NCBI GenBank assembly: GCA_002269645.1
Contig: NIVC01000874.1
Location: 124,001 to 188,000 of the forward strand
From: Macrostomum lignano
Taxonomy: Eukaryota
Direction: 5' to 3'
DNA: 64,000 nucleotides
A program made the position numbers and the translations under genes. Positions 32,101 to 42,829 of this stretch are shown here, piece after piece. Each line of letters opens with the position of its first letter. Position 1 is the stretch's first letter. The notes under the pieces were generated by a model. That model was not told where the DNA came from. It searched no databases and saw only the letters and a list, made by a program, of their open reading frames with translations.

Positions 32101-34112
32101 TGTTGTGCACAACATTGCTGGCGCCATCGAGGAAAGTGACGGTCATCGTCTGCGGCTGCGTGCAGTTGGCTCCCGTCAGAGTCAAGTTGGTCAGGTGGTA
32201 CAGTTCCATTAGGAACACGGTCTGGAAAGAGTGTGCAGTGCTGAGCGCCACGGATGTTGAGTTGATTTGCACCGGGATCGGCTCAACCAGTCTGTATCTC
32301 TCAATCGGCGGGCACTCTGAAAGTGGCGTTAATGTGAGACTTGACTGTGATCTGAAATTACTATTGGCTGGATGATATGGCAGTTTAGCTAAATTACATA
32401 TACGCAAATTTGCTTATTTTACTTCTCATGCATATGCATGAGTGAGACAGGATTTTACCATTTCTGTCCTGAACTTTCACTGTACACTCAAAGTCATGTC
32501 TTCCCGCTTCATGACGACAATTCTGTTTTACACTGCAAAAGTGCATTTTCCTCACCAGCGGGCAGACCGATGAACTCGATCTTGATCGACTTGTTGCCAA
32601 CGAAATCCACCGGCGTGAGCTTCAGCACCCTGGCCTGGATGCTGCCGTGTGGCAGCGAGTAGGTCTGGTTGATCATGTCGCTGCTGTTGATGCCCGGCAG
32701 CAGAGCCGGTGCGCTGGCCCCGTAGGTCTGCAGCGACTCCAGCAAGCTGCCGTAGGCCAGGTGAAACGTCTTCACGTAGATTTCCGGCGAGTCCTGGCCG
32801 ATCACGTAGCCCCAGATGAGGTTGGCGAGGTCGAACTCGAACAGCAGGTAGTCGGAAGCGGCGAAGCCGTTGTTGCAGGACTGGTTGGCCAGGCTGGGCT
32901 CGCCGTCCGTCGACCAGCTGAGCTTCACGGCGACCGGCGGAAACTCGGCGTACGAGGCGCCCACTGCGCTGACCTGGTGCGGCCCGTAGGTCACGAGTGG
33001 CTGATCATCGCCTGCAGGTGATTGGGACTCGCTGCAGGTGATTGGGACTCGCTGCAGGTGATTGGGACTCGCTGCATGTGATTGGGACTCGCTGCAGGTG
33101 ATTGGGACTCTCTTGCAGGTGATTGGGACTCGCTGCAGGTGATTGGGACTCGCTGCATGTGATTGGGACTCGCTGCAGGTGATTGGGACTCTCTGCAGGT
33201 GATTGGGACTCGCTTGCAGGTAATTGGGACTCGCTGCAGGTGATTGGGACTCGCTTGCAGGTGATTGGGACTCGCTGCATGTGATTGGGACTCGCTTGCA
33301 GGTGATTGGGACTCACTGCAGGTGATTGGGACTCGCTGCAGGTGATTGGGACTCGCTGCATGTGATTGGGACTCGCTGCAGGTGATTGGGACTCTCTTGC
33401 AGGTGATTGGGACTCGCTGCAGGTGATTGGGACTCTCTTGCAGGTGATTGGGACTCGCTGCAGGTGATTGGGACTCGCTGCATGTGATTGGGACTCGCTG
33501 CAGGTGATTGGGACTCTCTTGCAGGTGATTGGGACTCGCTGCAGGTGATTGGGACTCGCTGCATGTGATTGGGACTCGCTGCAGGTGATTGAGATTCACC
33601 TGATTGGGATTCATCTTTAGGAATGGGTTTGTGAAGAGCCTTGACTCTTCTCGGACTCTCCGCCGAGAGAACTTTATTTGAAGTAAGCATTGAAAAATTT
33701 GCGCATGTCAAAGCTGTCAAGCATCGGGCTTTTCAATATTGAAATCGACAACCTAAAATACAAAAATTCCATGGTCTCTACATGTAAAATTGACCATCTT
33801 GGAGGTTGTGGAAGGTACCTTAAACCACCTCCTACATCTAGTGGGAAACTCAACTAAATGACTTACTTGGTAGGGGATAAAAATCCGAACGATCTGACGA
33901 AAAAACTAACCTAAATGCAATTGATTCTACTCGTAATAATCAGCCTTCAACTACGAGTTGCGTCCTTGATGGAAGCCCCCACAACCGGTGGCGCCCCCTT
34001 GCCTCAAACTCAAAAGCCGCTTACCGAGCACGGCTGGCAACAGAAGCGCGGCAAGGCAGCAGGCCAGGAAGGCCAGCCGAGCTGATCCGGGGCTGTTGCT
34101 GCTGGATGGCAT
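3263..34112 (-). CDS. Polycystin-1-like (PKD1L/REJ family) receptor-channel, ~24 exons; full gene model including the distal 5' exons
   Basis: Ordered minus-strand domain exons: signal peptide (34025-34112), F5/8C (32556-33011; 32096-32367; 31868-32009), C-type lectin (29587-29994), 29189-29466, then ~15358 down to 3263 (PKD/REJ/GPS/PLAT/channel). Splice phases are compatible wherever checked. The join across the 15.4-29.2 kb intron is the least certain step. Confidence 0.6.
5197..6830 (-). CDS. Polycystin-1-like GPS end, TM1, PLAT/LH2 domain and TM2-5 exons
   Basis: FVPNTIDF followed by a TM; YKIEVFNGSKRG; FASGGVDNFLMTTKAHLGDIRSICLTFD...WYVSRLIVTD...WLS (PLAT); DDHIWFSMLRRKVDTNFSRLQRLGVCWSLLFMTMIANAMW, a typical PKD1-family motif. 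Confidence 0.92.
6910..8835 (-). CDS. Polycystin-1-like REJ C-terminal part and GAIN/GPS exons
   Basis: VLLPVGASNGLGSIEFKITDSFYAE (REJ end); CYAWDSGVDEWRLLDSAKCQ (GPS first half) ending at a CAG|GTAAGA donor near 6910. Confidence 0.85.
8985..12160 (-). CDS. Large exon with PKD (Ig-like) repeats and REJ module
   Basis: ORF 8973..12062: HTFNAPGVYDIHVLASS, HSYSTAGNYTVIVNASNPVS (PKD repeats); LNASATATDFDVEDGDLSGMTFQWSC, NGPPVGGTCRVDPP (REJ). Confidence 0.9.
12258..15358 (-). CDS. Polycystin-1-like extracellular exons (Cys-rich / Ig-like repeats with DxDxxNN-type motifs, lectin-like segment)
   Basis: ORFs 12222..12722, 12731..14032 and 14094..14885 lie on the same strand, separated by short AT-rich introns. 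Repeated motifs DSDPTNNAFC / ESNISNSLAC / DTNLENNW. Exons near 14826-14985 and 15140-15358 are tentative. Confidence 0.7.
15543..18014 (+). mobile_element. Non-autonomous piggyBac derivative with TTAA target-site duplication and long internal inverted repeat
   Basis: TTAA at 15539-15542 and 18015-18018. Terminal IR CAGTAGAAAGAC, plus the AAAGACCATGGGG(G)TGTAT motif near both ends and subterminal GCATCGTCGAGATAT(T/C)CAACGATTCT at both ends. Internal transposase C-terminus at 16390-17024. Confidence 0.9.
16390..17024 (+). pseudogene. piggyBac transposase C-terminal fragment with cysteine-rich domain
   Basis: VMLLSTMH...KPVAIGSYYNSTKSGTD...RKS...IF..ILNIAAVNA..W...RNEF (PGBD-type). The second frame gives RKCCMCDEGICRRHC...YCPRC (C-terminal Cys-rich domain). 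Confidence 0.88.
20380..22609 (+). mobile_element. Decayed Ty3/Gypsy LTR retrotransposon pol (RT, RNase H, integrase) ending in a polypurine tract
   Basis: FRMAPFGISS...VDDC (RT); SRFLTDAETRHAMIELELL...TDHKPL...NEDADALSR (RNase H); LHASHQG...YWPGM...CKACQ (integrase Zn finger); VDCYSGW...SDSGSHF...HHQSNGKAESAVK (core). Multiple frameshifts and stops. PPT GAAAGGGGAG at 22596-22605, then TG at 22610. Confidence 0.93.
22610..22861. repeat. LTR-like TG...CA segment between the convergent Gypsy and BEL/Pao bodies
   Basis: Begins TGTAGA right after the plus-strand PPT. Ends CTAACA immediately before CTCCCCCT, which is the minus-strand PPT AGGGGGAG followed by TGTTAG. Confidence 0.55.
24875..25501 (+). 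CDS. Intronless cargo ORF, PC4/Sub1-like ssDNA-binding fold (possibly two tandem copies)
   Basis: ISIRKWFKSGEDHRPGLPGMELTIHQFRYL aligns by eye with the PC4 motif IDIREY...G.MKPG.KGISL..EQW..L. A second LPLPTEQWRQL segment follows. TATA-like TTATAA at 24841, ~30 nt before the ATG at 24875. Confidence 0.55.
   Translation: MQFLKRFLMAFKELLHGYCISLVPDTRTISIRKWFKSGEDHRPGLPGMELTIHQFRYLASLKERLEEFSDRKLDAQCLLGGNRQVVVKDSAISLWRLPTVLGSVLHLRHALPLPTEQWRQLWQHRLWILEELERPANPWWLGNYPSEPEECAEWASKLSMDQLATWPETQPAEWDDHWEAWQAVQTEFHKRYVPSAEPSQQDPRERSS
25767..26480 (+). CDS. RING-HC finger + extended Tudor cargo gene (RNF17/Qin-like architecture in miniature), with two apparent -1 frameshifts
   Basis: CGICLNECSDPRALPCLHTFCAHCI...CPMCR (TRIM-type RING). 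The overlapping frame, open from 26021, gives DIRVMEIISPNHFYC...RYYRMRILS...VLLVDYGQ (Tudor). A further shift near 26424 gives APERAIRCHLRSI, the conserved extended-Tudor P..AI.C.L motif. TATATAA at ~25685. Confidence 0.8.
27306..28260 (-). mobile_element. Decayed non-LTR retrotransposon AP-endonuclease region (RTE-like), 3' truncated
   Basis: LWVGTLNYRTL...CDVIALQ; xAP motif; IILCDLN...DFL...NTCFRK...TF; QLDHVLVR, across frameshifted minus-strand frames. Confidence 0.8.
29189..29994 (-). CDS. C-type lectin domain exon (29587-29994) and following Cys-containing exon (29189-29466)
   Basis: CPASSFYFNGQCYF...LCAG...GRLFLP...HLGLVRDGSGW...WSFW...VICE. Phase-1 AG/GT junctions match the flanking exons. 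Confidence 0.8.
30990..31330 (+). mobile_element. Fragment of a non-LTR retrotransposon C-terminal zinc-knuckle region
   Basis: SHGCFARHRNL...ECPFCLSRVENAEHFICEC matches the GH...C..C...E...H....C motif found at LINE ORF2 C-termini. Confidence 0.6.
31868..33011 (-). CDS. Discoidin (F5/8 type C)-like domain exons: 32556-33011, 32096-32367, 31868-32009
   Basis: YLLFEFDLANLIWGYVIGQD...YVKTFHLAYG...PGINS...IQARVLKLTPVDFVGNKSIKIEFIG. A second partial copy ends NAARFRVY...FKLHGC. Splice phases are consistent (1, 0, 1). Confidence 0.78.
33012..33597. repeat. 20-22 bp intronic minisatellite (GCAGGTGATTGGGACTCGCT)
   Basis: Direct tandem array; it generates spurious RVPITC/ESQSP ORFs. Confidence 0.97.
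34025..34112 (-). CDS. First coding exon with signal peptide
   Basis: MPSSSNSPGSARLAFLACCLAALLLPAVL followed by a G|GTAAGC donor. Confidence 0.7.
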
Positions 34113-34837
34113 GGCCCGAGTTGCGGACTGGTCCCGCACTGTTTCAGTTGCTTTATCGCTGCGCAGAAAATTTTAAAACGCGTTTATCTCCTCTCTGCAG
34201 TCGGCGCGCTCCGCTCAGCCCGCAGGCCAGCTGGCGTTCCATCTTATTGCCTTCTGCCTAGGGATCGTTTGTCTTGACAACAGCCACAACAGCCCGACAA
34301 GCCCAGCTCCCCAGAGTCCCCTTAGAAGTTAGCTAGTTGTAGTTGAGTTGGAGGGGAAGAAAACTTGAAAAGCTTCCAAAACGACGCGCAGGTTAATTCA
34401 AATCAGCATAGCAACAAGCGATCAGGGCGGAGAGAGCGAGTGCAGAAAAGCACCTGACTGCACGGCAACCTGCCTGCTGTTTGGATGCAGAAACATTTCT
34501 GCCAAGAGTTTCCAAAATGATACGAGAATGTCAGCCTGCGTTCCGCATCCGTGGCTCACAGCCCAACTCTAACCTATCACTCCTGCATGGTTTGGAAGAC
34601 GGCCTAGCATTGAAATTTCATCTCACCAGGGTGTCCATCATGCTGTCAGGAAAATCATAGTTTGAAACCAAGATGTCTAATCGAATGCGTTTTGCCAACT
34701 GCTGTAGCCTTAGAAGCCTGCATCCTCATTTTGCCGCACTACGAGCTATTGCATGTACTGTGTATGGCACTCCTGTGTTTAATGACACTTCTGTATATGG
34801 TAGCTCGTACCTTAGCATTCATAATCATAACTGTGCC

Positions 34838-35130
34838 TAATGGAACTCTATATCGTGCATAATGCCACTCCACATTGTCTAATGGAACTCTATATCGTGT
34901 ATAATGGCACTCCACATTGTCTAATCGAACTATATATCGTGTCTAATGGCACTCCACATTGTCTAATGGAAGTCTATATCGTGCATAATGCCACTCCACA
35001 TTGTCTAATGGAACTCTATATCGTGTATAATGGCACTCCACATTGTCTAATGGAACTCTATATCGTGTCTAATGGCACTCCACATTGTCTAATGGAACTC
35101 TATATCGTGCATAATGCCACTCCACATTGT
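34838..35130. repeat. 42-bp minisatellite, ~7 copies
   Basis: Unit CTAATGGAACTCTATATCGTGCATAATGCCACTCCACATTGT; a spurious 14-aa periodic ORF results. Confidence 0.95.
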
Positions 35131-35391
35131 GTACAATGGGCACTCCGTGTTATTTCCAATGGCACCGAGATGGTAATTTTTATTAAAGGCGCAACATGAA
35201 GGCAACAGCTGCAAATTTTTTTGCTTCCAAAACTCTGGCCAGCTGCAAGGCCACCGGCAATCAGAAAAACTGCAGCCTTCGCTTACAAACTTCGAGTATA
35301 TTTCATTTCTCAGGCATCAAGCAAATTTATTCGAAATCAGCAAACAGAGCCACCGCCTTCACTCAAATCGGTTATTCAGCACCGCGGCTGC

Positions 35392-36804
35392 TCAGGCCAC
35401 CAGCACGCAGGAGCCGCCAACTGACTTGATCTTCTCCTCGGCCTTCTTGCTGAAGAATTTCGCCTTCACGATCACCGGCACCTTCGGCATGTTGCCCTTG
35501 CCCAGCACCTTGAAGAAGCCCTGCGAGCGCGATGACGGTTGGAGCGGGTTTAATAACACCCCGTGTTTACCACCTGACAGTCTGACACCCCGTGTTTACC
35601 ACCTGACAGTCTGACACCCCATGTTTACCACCTGACAGTCTGACAACCCCGTGTTTACTACCTGACAGTCTGACACCCCGTGCTTACCACCTGTCAAACT
35701 GATATTTAGCACACCTGACACCTGATATTTAGCACACCTGACACCTGATATTTAGCACACCTGACATCTGATATTTAGCACACCTGACACCTGATATTTA
35801 GCACACCTGACACCTGATATTTAGCACACGTGACACCTGATATCTGATATTTAGCACACCTGACACCTGATATTTAGCACACGTGACACCTGATATCTGA
35901 TATTTAGCACACCTGACACCTGATATTTAGCACACCTGACATCTGATATTTATCACAACTGACGTCTGATATTTAGCACAACTGACGTCTGATATTTAGC
36001 ACAACTGACACCTGATATTTAGCACACCTGACACCTGATATTTAGCACACTTGACACCTATTTAGCACACCTGACACCTGACATTTAGCACACTTGACAC
36101 CTATTTAGCACACCTGACACCTGATATTTAGCACACTTGACACCTATTTAGCACACCTGACACCTGATATTTAGCACACTTGACACCTATTTAGCACACC
36201 TGACATCTGATATTTAGCACACTTGACACCTATTTAGCACACCTGACACCTGATATTTAGCACACCTAATATCTGATATTTAGCACACCTGACATCTGAT
36301 ATTTAGCACACCTGACACCTGATATTTAGCACACCTGACACCTGATATTTAGCACACCTGACATCTGATATTTAGCACACTTGACACCTATTTAGCACAC
36401 CTGATGACACCTCAAATCCAGCACCATCTACACCCAGTAAAAAATTTAATCACAATTTAGAAACCTCAAACTCGACTTACCGCCTGCAAGCAGTCAATAA
36501 CGGGCACTTTGCCCTCCTTGTTTCCATCCTTATACTTGTCGTAGGTCTGCTGAGAGACCAGAGACCAGAGCTTGTCAGTGTTGACAGCCGGGCAGTAGTA
36601 GGGATTCCGCCTGAGATGGAAGTGGCGCATGCCAACCTTGCCGAAGTAACCGGGGTGGTACTTGTCAAAGTTGGTGCGGTGGTGGTGGGCGCCGCCGGCG
36701 TTACCGCGGCCGCTGGGGTGCTTGCGGTGCTTGCCGATCCGGCCGTGGCCGTGCGACACGTGGCCGCGCAGCTTGCGGGTCTTTGTGGGCTTCAGCTTGG
36801 ACAT
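35392..36804 (-). CDS. RPL27A: 60S ribosomal protein L27a (uL15); exons 36481-36804 and 35392-35520
   Basis: [56 protein letters not shown]...; exon 2 [42 protein letters not shown]; GCG|GTAAGT donor and CGCAG|G acceptor; 150 aa. Confidence 0.98.
35557..36408. repeat. Intronic minisatellites (29-bp unit grading into 23-bp CTGATATTTAGCACACCTGACAC) in the RPL27A intron
   Basis: Direct tandem arrays filling most of the intron. Confidence 0.95.
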
Positions 36805-37144
36805 GGCGGCTGGGGCTGAAGCCGGGCGATCGGAGCGATTTTCATTGCGTGTATACTGATTATGTTTAACAGAAAGAATACCACAACTATATCATGCCAA
36901 AAATAATTTACATACTTCTATGGCATGCCTCACATGTCTCAAAAAACATCCATGGGGATGCAGCCTAATGGTCTAGCACTCTTATGTTCCTATGGGCAAG
37001 GCTCAATTCCATGTGCAGTCACATTAATCTGTGGCTAAATTAGAATCTCAGCTTGGTTATAGTTGTGCAGTTAATTCCTTTGTTTCCTAGCCCCCAAGGA
37101 ACAGTGAAGTGTACATGCTTAATAGTTAGGGCTGCTGCTAAACA

Positions 37145-38276
37145 CAGTGGTGCAACCAGGAGGGGCGGGGCGGTTGCCTCACCCCCTTAGGTGGAGACCA
37201 GAAAAAAATCAAAGGGGGGGCCAAGCCAATTTTCGATAAAATACAGAGCCGCACCCCCTCCGCCCCCTTGGGTCTTTACCCTCCAGAATCCGCCTCCTTG
37301 GGTCCTTACCCTCCAGAATCTGCCCCTTGTGTCCTTACCCTCCAGAATCCGCCCCCCTTGGGTCCTTACCCTCCAGAATCCGCCCCCCTTGGGTCCTTAC
37401 CCTCCAGAATCCGCCCCCCTTGGGTCCTTACCCTCCAAAATCCGCCTCCTTGGGTCCTTACCCTCCAGAATCCGCCCCCCCTTGGGTCCTTACCCTCCAG
37501 AATCCGCCCCCCCCTTGGGTCCTTACCCTCCAGAATCCGCCCCCCCCTTGGGTCCTTACCCTCCAGAATCCGCCCCCCCCTTGGGTCCTTACCCTCCAGA
37601 ATCCGCCCCCCTTGGGTCCTTACCCTCCAAAATCCGCCCCCCCTTGGGTCCTTGACCTCCAGAATCCGCCCCTTGGGTCTTTACCCTCCAGAATCTGCCC
37701 CCTTGGGTCTTTACCCTCCAGAATCTGCCCCCTTGGGTCTTTACCCTCCAGAATCTGCCCCCTTGGGTCTTTACCCTCCAGAATCTGCCCCCTTGGGTCT
37801 TTACCCTCCAGAATCTGCCCCCTTGGGTCTTTACCCTCCAGAATCTGCCCCCTTGGGTCTTTACCCTCCAGAATCTGCCCCCTTGGGTCTTTACCCTCCA
37901 GAATCCGCCCCCCTTGGGTCCTTACCCTCCAAAATCCGCCCCCCCTTGGGTCCTTGACCTCCAGAATCCGCCCCTTGGGTCTTTACCCTCCAGAATCTGC
38001 CCCCTTGGGTCTTTACCCTCCAGAATCTGCCCCCTTGGGTCTTTACCCTCCAGAATCCGCCCCCCAAGGTCCTTACCCTCCAGAATCTGCCCCTTGTGTC
38101 CTTACCCTCCAGAATCCGCCCCCCTTGGGTCCTTACCCTCCAGAATCCGCCCCCCCCTTGGGTCCTTACCCTCCAGAATCCGCACCCTTGGGTCTTTACC
38201 CTCCAGAATCCGCCCCCCTTGGGTCCTTACCCTCCAGAATCTACCTCCCCTAAACAAATTTCTGGTTGTGCTACTG
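37145..38276 (+). mobile_element. hAT-like MITE with an internal ~30-bp minisatellite expansion
   Basis: Imperfect TIRs CAGTGGTGCAACCAG / CTGGTTGTGCTACTG; flanking 8-mers GCTAAACA and GCTATACA (7/8 match, TSD-like). Internal array of TTGGGTC(C/T)TTACCCTCCAGAATCCGCCCCC at ~37268-38250. Confidence 0.7.
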
Positions 38277-38949
38277 GCTATACACTCCAGTGTGAATGTG
38301 CCTATGGGAACAACTAGCATGCATATCTTCATATTTATATGCCTACTTAGAGGAGCCAATGTACTGAGTAATAATGTCTCTTGCCAGCTATATGGCAATC
38401 TAATGTTGCCTAAAATTAAAAACAGGTTACATATAGCCCTATATACATAATAGTTACATACAGCCTCAGATATAATATAAAATATTTTATACTAATATAG
38501 AAAAAATTAGAGACATTGGCTATAGAAAAAAGCAATATTAATAGCATTTATAGCCTTTATATATTATATTAAACTTACATTGACTTTGCTGATCTTGCTA
38601 CAATTTGCGGGCTATTTTTGCTATATTAGATTAAAGTGATAAAGCATTATATATAACATAGACAAGCTGTTGAAACCCGCGGATTTTGAACCCGGGGAAT
38701 TCCAATCCCCGGAACTATTTTTGCATGTATTCTAAAATCTAAAGTCATACTCAAACAAAAATTTGTTAATAGTTAGTAGGATAGAAGGTAAACATAAAAT
38801 GGAGCACATTCATGTAAAATTAGAATTTGAGGCAAACATTGATCTTGTTGGCTGGCGTGCTGCGCAGAATGTCAAGCAATGTCTGCCTGACTCTAAAACA
38901 TGTATTGGCAAACTCTGGCCTCTGCCTCACCCTACCTCCCTTGGATCCT

Positions 38950-40160
38950 TTGAAACATCTATCTTCTCTTCTGTTTCCTCTTTTCTCTCTCGTCCCTCCT
39001 CTCTTCTCTCTCTCCTCTCATCTCTTCTCTTTCATCTCACTTATCTCACATATTCTCTCTCTTCTCTCTCTCTACTCTTTTCTCTCTCCTATCTCCCCCT
39101 CTTCTCTCGTCTCTTCCTTCTCCTCTCTATTCTTTCCTCTCTCCTCTCTTCTCTCTCGTCTGCTCTCTCATCTCTCATTTCTCCTCTTTTATCTTTTCTC
39201 ATTTTTCACTGCTCTCTACTCTCTCTTCTCTCTTCACTCTTCTCATTCCTCACTCTCCCCTCTCTTAACACTTCCCTCTTCTCTCCTCTCTTCTCTCTAC
39301 TTTCTTATCTCTCTTTTCTACTCTTTCCTCTCTCTCTCTCTCCTCTTCTTTCCTCTTTCCTCTCTCCCTCTTCTCTCGTCTCTTCCCTCACCTCTCTACT
39401 CTCTCGTCTTTGCTCTCTCATCTCTTCTCATTCCTCTCTGCTCTCCTCTCTCTCTCTCCCTCTCTTCCTTTCTCTCTTATCTCTCCTCTTCCATCTCTCT
39501 TCTCCTCTACTCTTTCCCCTCTCCATTCTCCTCTTTCCTCTCCTCTCTCCTCACTCACTTCTCTCTCTCCCTTTGTCTCTCCTCTCTCCTCTTGTAATCT
39601 CTCCTCTGTTCTCTCTACTCTCCCATCTCTCGTCTGTTCACTCTCGTCTCTGCTCTCTCACCCTTCCTCTTTCATTTGTCATCTTTACTGTATCATATTT
39701 TCTCTCACCTCTCTCCTCTGTACTCTTTTGTTTTCCCTCTTTCGACTCCTCACTTTCCTTTCTCTCCTTTCTTCTCTCTCTTCTCTTCCTTCTTCTATAC
39801 TCTCTTCCTCTCTTGTCTCTCCTCCTTTATCTCTCATTTCTCATCTCTCCTTACACCTCTCTCATCTCTACAACCTTATCTCTTCTCTCTTCCCTTTAAT
39901 CTCTTATCTCTCCTTTCACCTCTCTACTCTCTGCTCTCCTCTCATCTGCAGCTCTTTGCCATCTCATCTCTACTACCTTCTCTCTCCTCTTATCTCTCTC
40001 ATGTCGCTTCTCTTTTCCCCTCTTCTCCCCCCTCTCTCTCTCTCATCGTCCTCAACCCCTCATCCCTCCTATTATCTTCTATCTTTTTTCTTATCTCCTC
40101 TCTCGCCTCTCCTCTCTTTTCGGATCGTCCATTTCTTCTTTTTTCCACTCTCATCTGCCC
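38950..40160. repeat. Degenerate CT-rich (polypyrimidine) low-complexity tract, ~1.2 kb
   Basis: Almost exclusively C/T on the plus strand; the Leu/Ser-rich ORFs are compositional artefacts. Confidence 0.93.
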
Positions 40161-42829
40161 CTCAGCCATGAGCTGGATTCTTTATCTGGCCTTTAAGTTA
40201 AAATTCTGCCCATCCATGCTTGGAAAGCCAGTTTGTGGGACGTAGTAATCTCATGGTTGCTCTCATGCTTTGATCATGTCATCTTTCTTGCCAATTTGCA
40301 GCCCTGAAAGGAAATTGTGTATCTTTAGCTCCACTGCAGTCTGCATCAGTCTAACAACCAAGGAAATATGCATTTCTTAGGAGGCCACTTAAATTTTAAA
40401 GTACTTTTAACAGAAACTTAAAATTTCCATAGTGTGATTAATTTAGTAGGGTTGTATTGGATTGCAATGCCTTTTCATAAATCTTTCGCTTTCATAAACC
40501 ATGCTGGATTCCCTTGATTTGCCAATTGCCAATTGACAGAGAATAAGTCAATGAAAAAAATGTGTCAAGTTTAAAGTCAATTGCTTTATGGGGAGCAAAA
40601 TTTTGGCAGCTGAAAGTTAGTCAATTTTGAAACCCCCTTTTATATACATCTGGACCTAGATAAGGAAAGAGAAGCAGATAGGTGGAAGTTGGGATGGCTA
40701 TCTTGCTGACAAAAAATAGCCTAATTTTAAAAGTGCACAGTGTTGTTCAGGATTAACTTTGAGACTCTAAATTTTATATGATTATGTCAAATTAGTTGAA
40801 GATTGTCTGTCAAATTTGAAAATAATCAGTAGAAGTGGAGTGGCCCTATGGAAGATACTCTCTTTCTACTATTAATATTAATTAGCAACTTAATAGCTAT
40901 TATTAATAATATACTAATTATTTTTAACCAATCATATTCATAAACACTGATATAATAATAGATTTGAAACTAATTACTTATAATAAAAAACTTTAATCTT
41001 TTTCAATGTTTATACCAATTTATTCCTTATCATTATATCTATTAAATCTATTAATATCATTATCTATTTATCAAAAAAGCATTGCTAGGCCCCTATAAAA
41101 TTTTATCAAGAAAGCATTGCTTAAATATGCTATTAATAATTCTATATAAAAAATGGGATAAAGATGCAAATGGGTATTTAATCTTTTGTGCTAGGCTACT
41201 TGATTTATTAATTAGATTATTATTTAAAGGTCAGGCTATGCTGTACAATAAAAGTTGAAACCATAAAAAGAATGCTTTTAAAATAGGCCCCCTAATATAA
41301 TTCTATTATATAATATTGGCACATGACTAAGACTGCAACATACCAAGACTGCCATAGCTATTACTGAATAGGCCTACTAGTATTGAGGGGGAGCTAAAAC
41401 TAATCTTCTAGCATTGCTATTCCTCACATAGGTTTATCTCTCACAGCCTTGTCTTACTGGCTTTCCTATCTACTTATCTCTTCTTTAGCACCATCCAATA
41501 ACACATTGTTGAGCCAAATTCCTCCCCCAGCTCCTCAAGTGTGGCAGTCTTAGTATGTGGCAGTCTTGGTCCTATACCATAATATCTATTTCCCCAAGAC
41601 TTGAAGATCTATATCTATGCCTAATACAAACTATTACCAATAAGAAATGAGTGAAATATATAGACCTAGGCTACATTTATTATCATTTATTTGATTCTAT
41701 TTAGATATTTAAAGCTATGGCCATCTTGGTTATGCACTAGCTAGGCTAGACTCTAGACTAGAGTAGAGTCCTTTCTATAGGCCTAGTGTTAGGGCCTAAT
41801 TATTAAAAACAAATAACATTATTAGAGGCATAAAAATAGCTTTTTAAAAATGATTTAGTAAGCATTCTCAGTTCTCAATAAATCTGCAATGTAATTTAGG
41901 CTTAGCCAAAGCCATATAGGCCTACCTAACCAATTTAGCAATCAGCATCCTGCTAGATTTAATAATATACCATTATACCAATTAGTATAGCAAGTATGAT
42001 AACTAAAAATAGACCCCTTTGACAATGTTCGATTTAGCAAAAAATCATTTATTGACTTTGGTGACAAAACAATACACTCTAGTTCCTAGACCTAGTCTAG
42101 TCGATACGGTACATGTAGGCGGTAGTGTACTTTCGGCGACTTTGTAGTGATTTGATAATATAGTTTTGTGCGCTAATGCTCGGATAATTGTTGTTTGTTT
42201 TTGCAGTGCATTGTGAGCACATGTACATGTATTTCACTGTTTAATAAACTTTATTTAAATTAGTGATCGATCGAGCGCATTTCTGAGTGCTACATGAACG
42301 ATCAGGCACCAAGGACCACCATAAGTAGAAGCCTACGGGGTTCGTAAAAGAGAAAATTTTGAGCCAGTGCGTTCTTGAAAGACGTTTAAAATACGTTTCT
42401 AGTAAAACGAATGTCGCAAGATCTTTTATTTATTGGCGCAATATATACCAAGACCTATACTATTTTCAACATTATCTATTGTTTAATAATTATCCCTTGA
42501 AATAAATGTCTATCACTAATACTAGTTTGTTGTTTTCTTACTTTTTAACAGCGAAAGAAAATAGCGTGCGATTGAATTAGTAGTGTATTGAGGCTAAATT
42601 GAGCATATTTTTTTTCTATTAAAAAGTACTCTTTATCCTTTGGAGTTAGTCTAATTAAAACCAGTGCCTGGCAACTACACCTCAGAGTCAGAGTTGTCAA
42701 TTTTTAATTCCTATTAGATTTGAATGCAGTGAAATAAAAGAATCTTATAGACTTTGCTTTAAATAAGCCAATAGACAATAGTCGCCAAAATACTAGATTT
42801 TTTCATTTTGATAGCCACTCAAAATACCC

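Noticed and set aside
37191-40245. Long Pro-rich and Leu/Ser-rich ORFs
   Set aside because: They are translations of the minisatellite and the CT tract, open in several frames at once.
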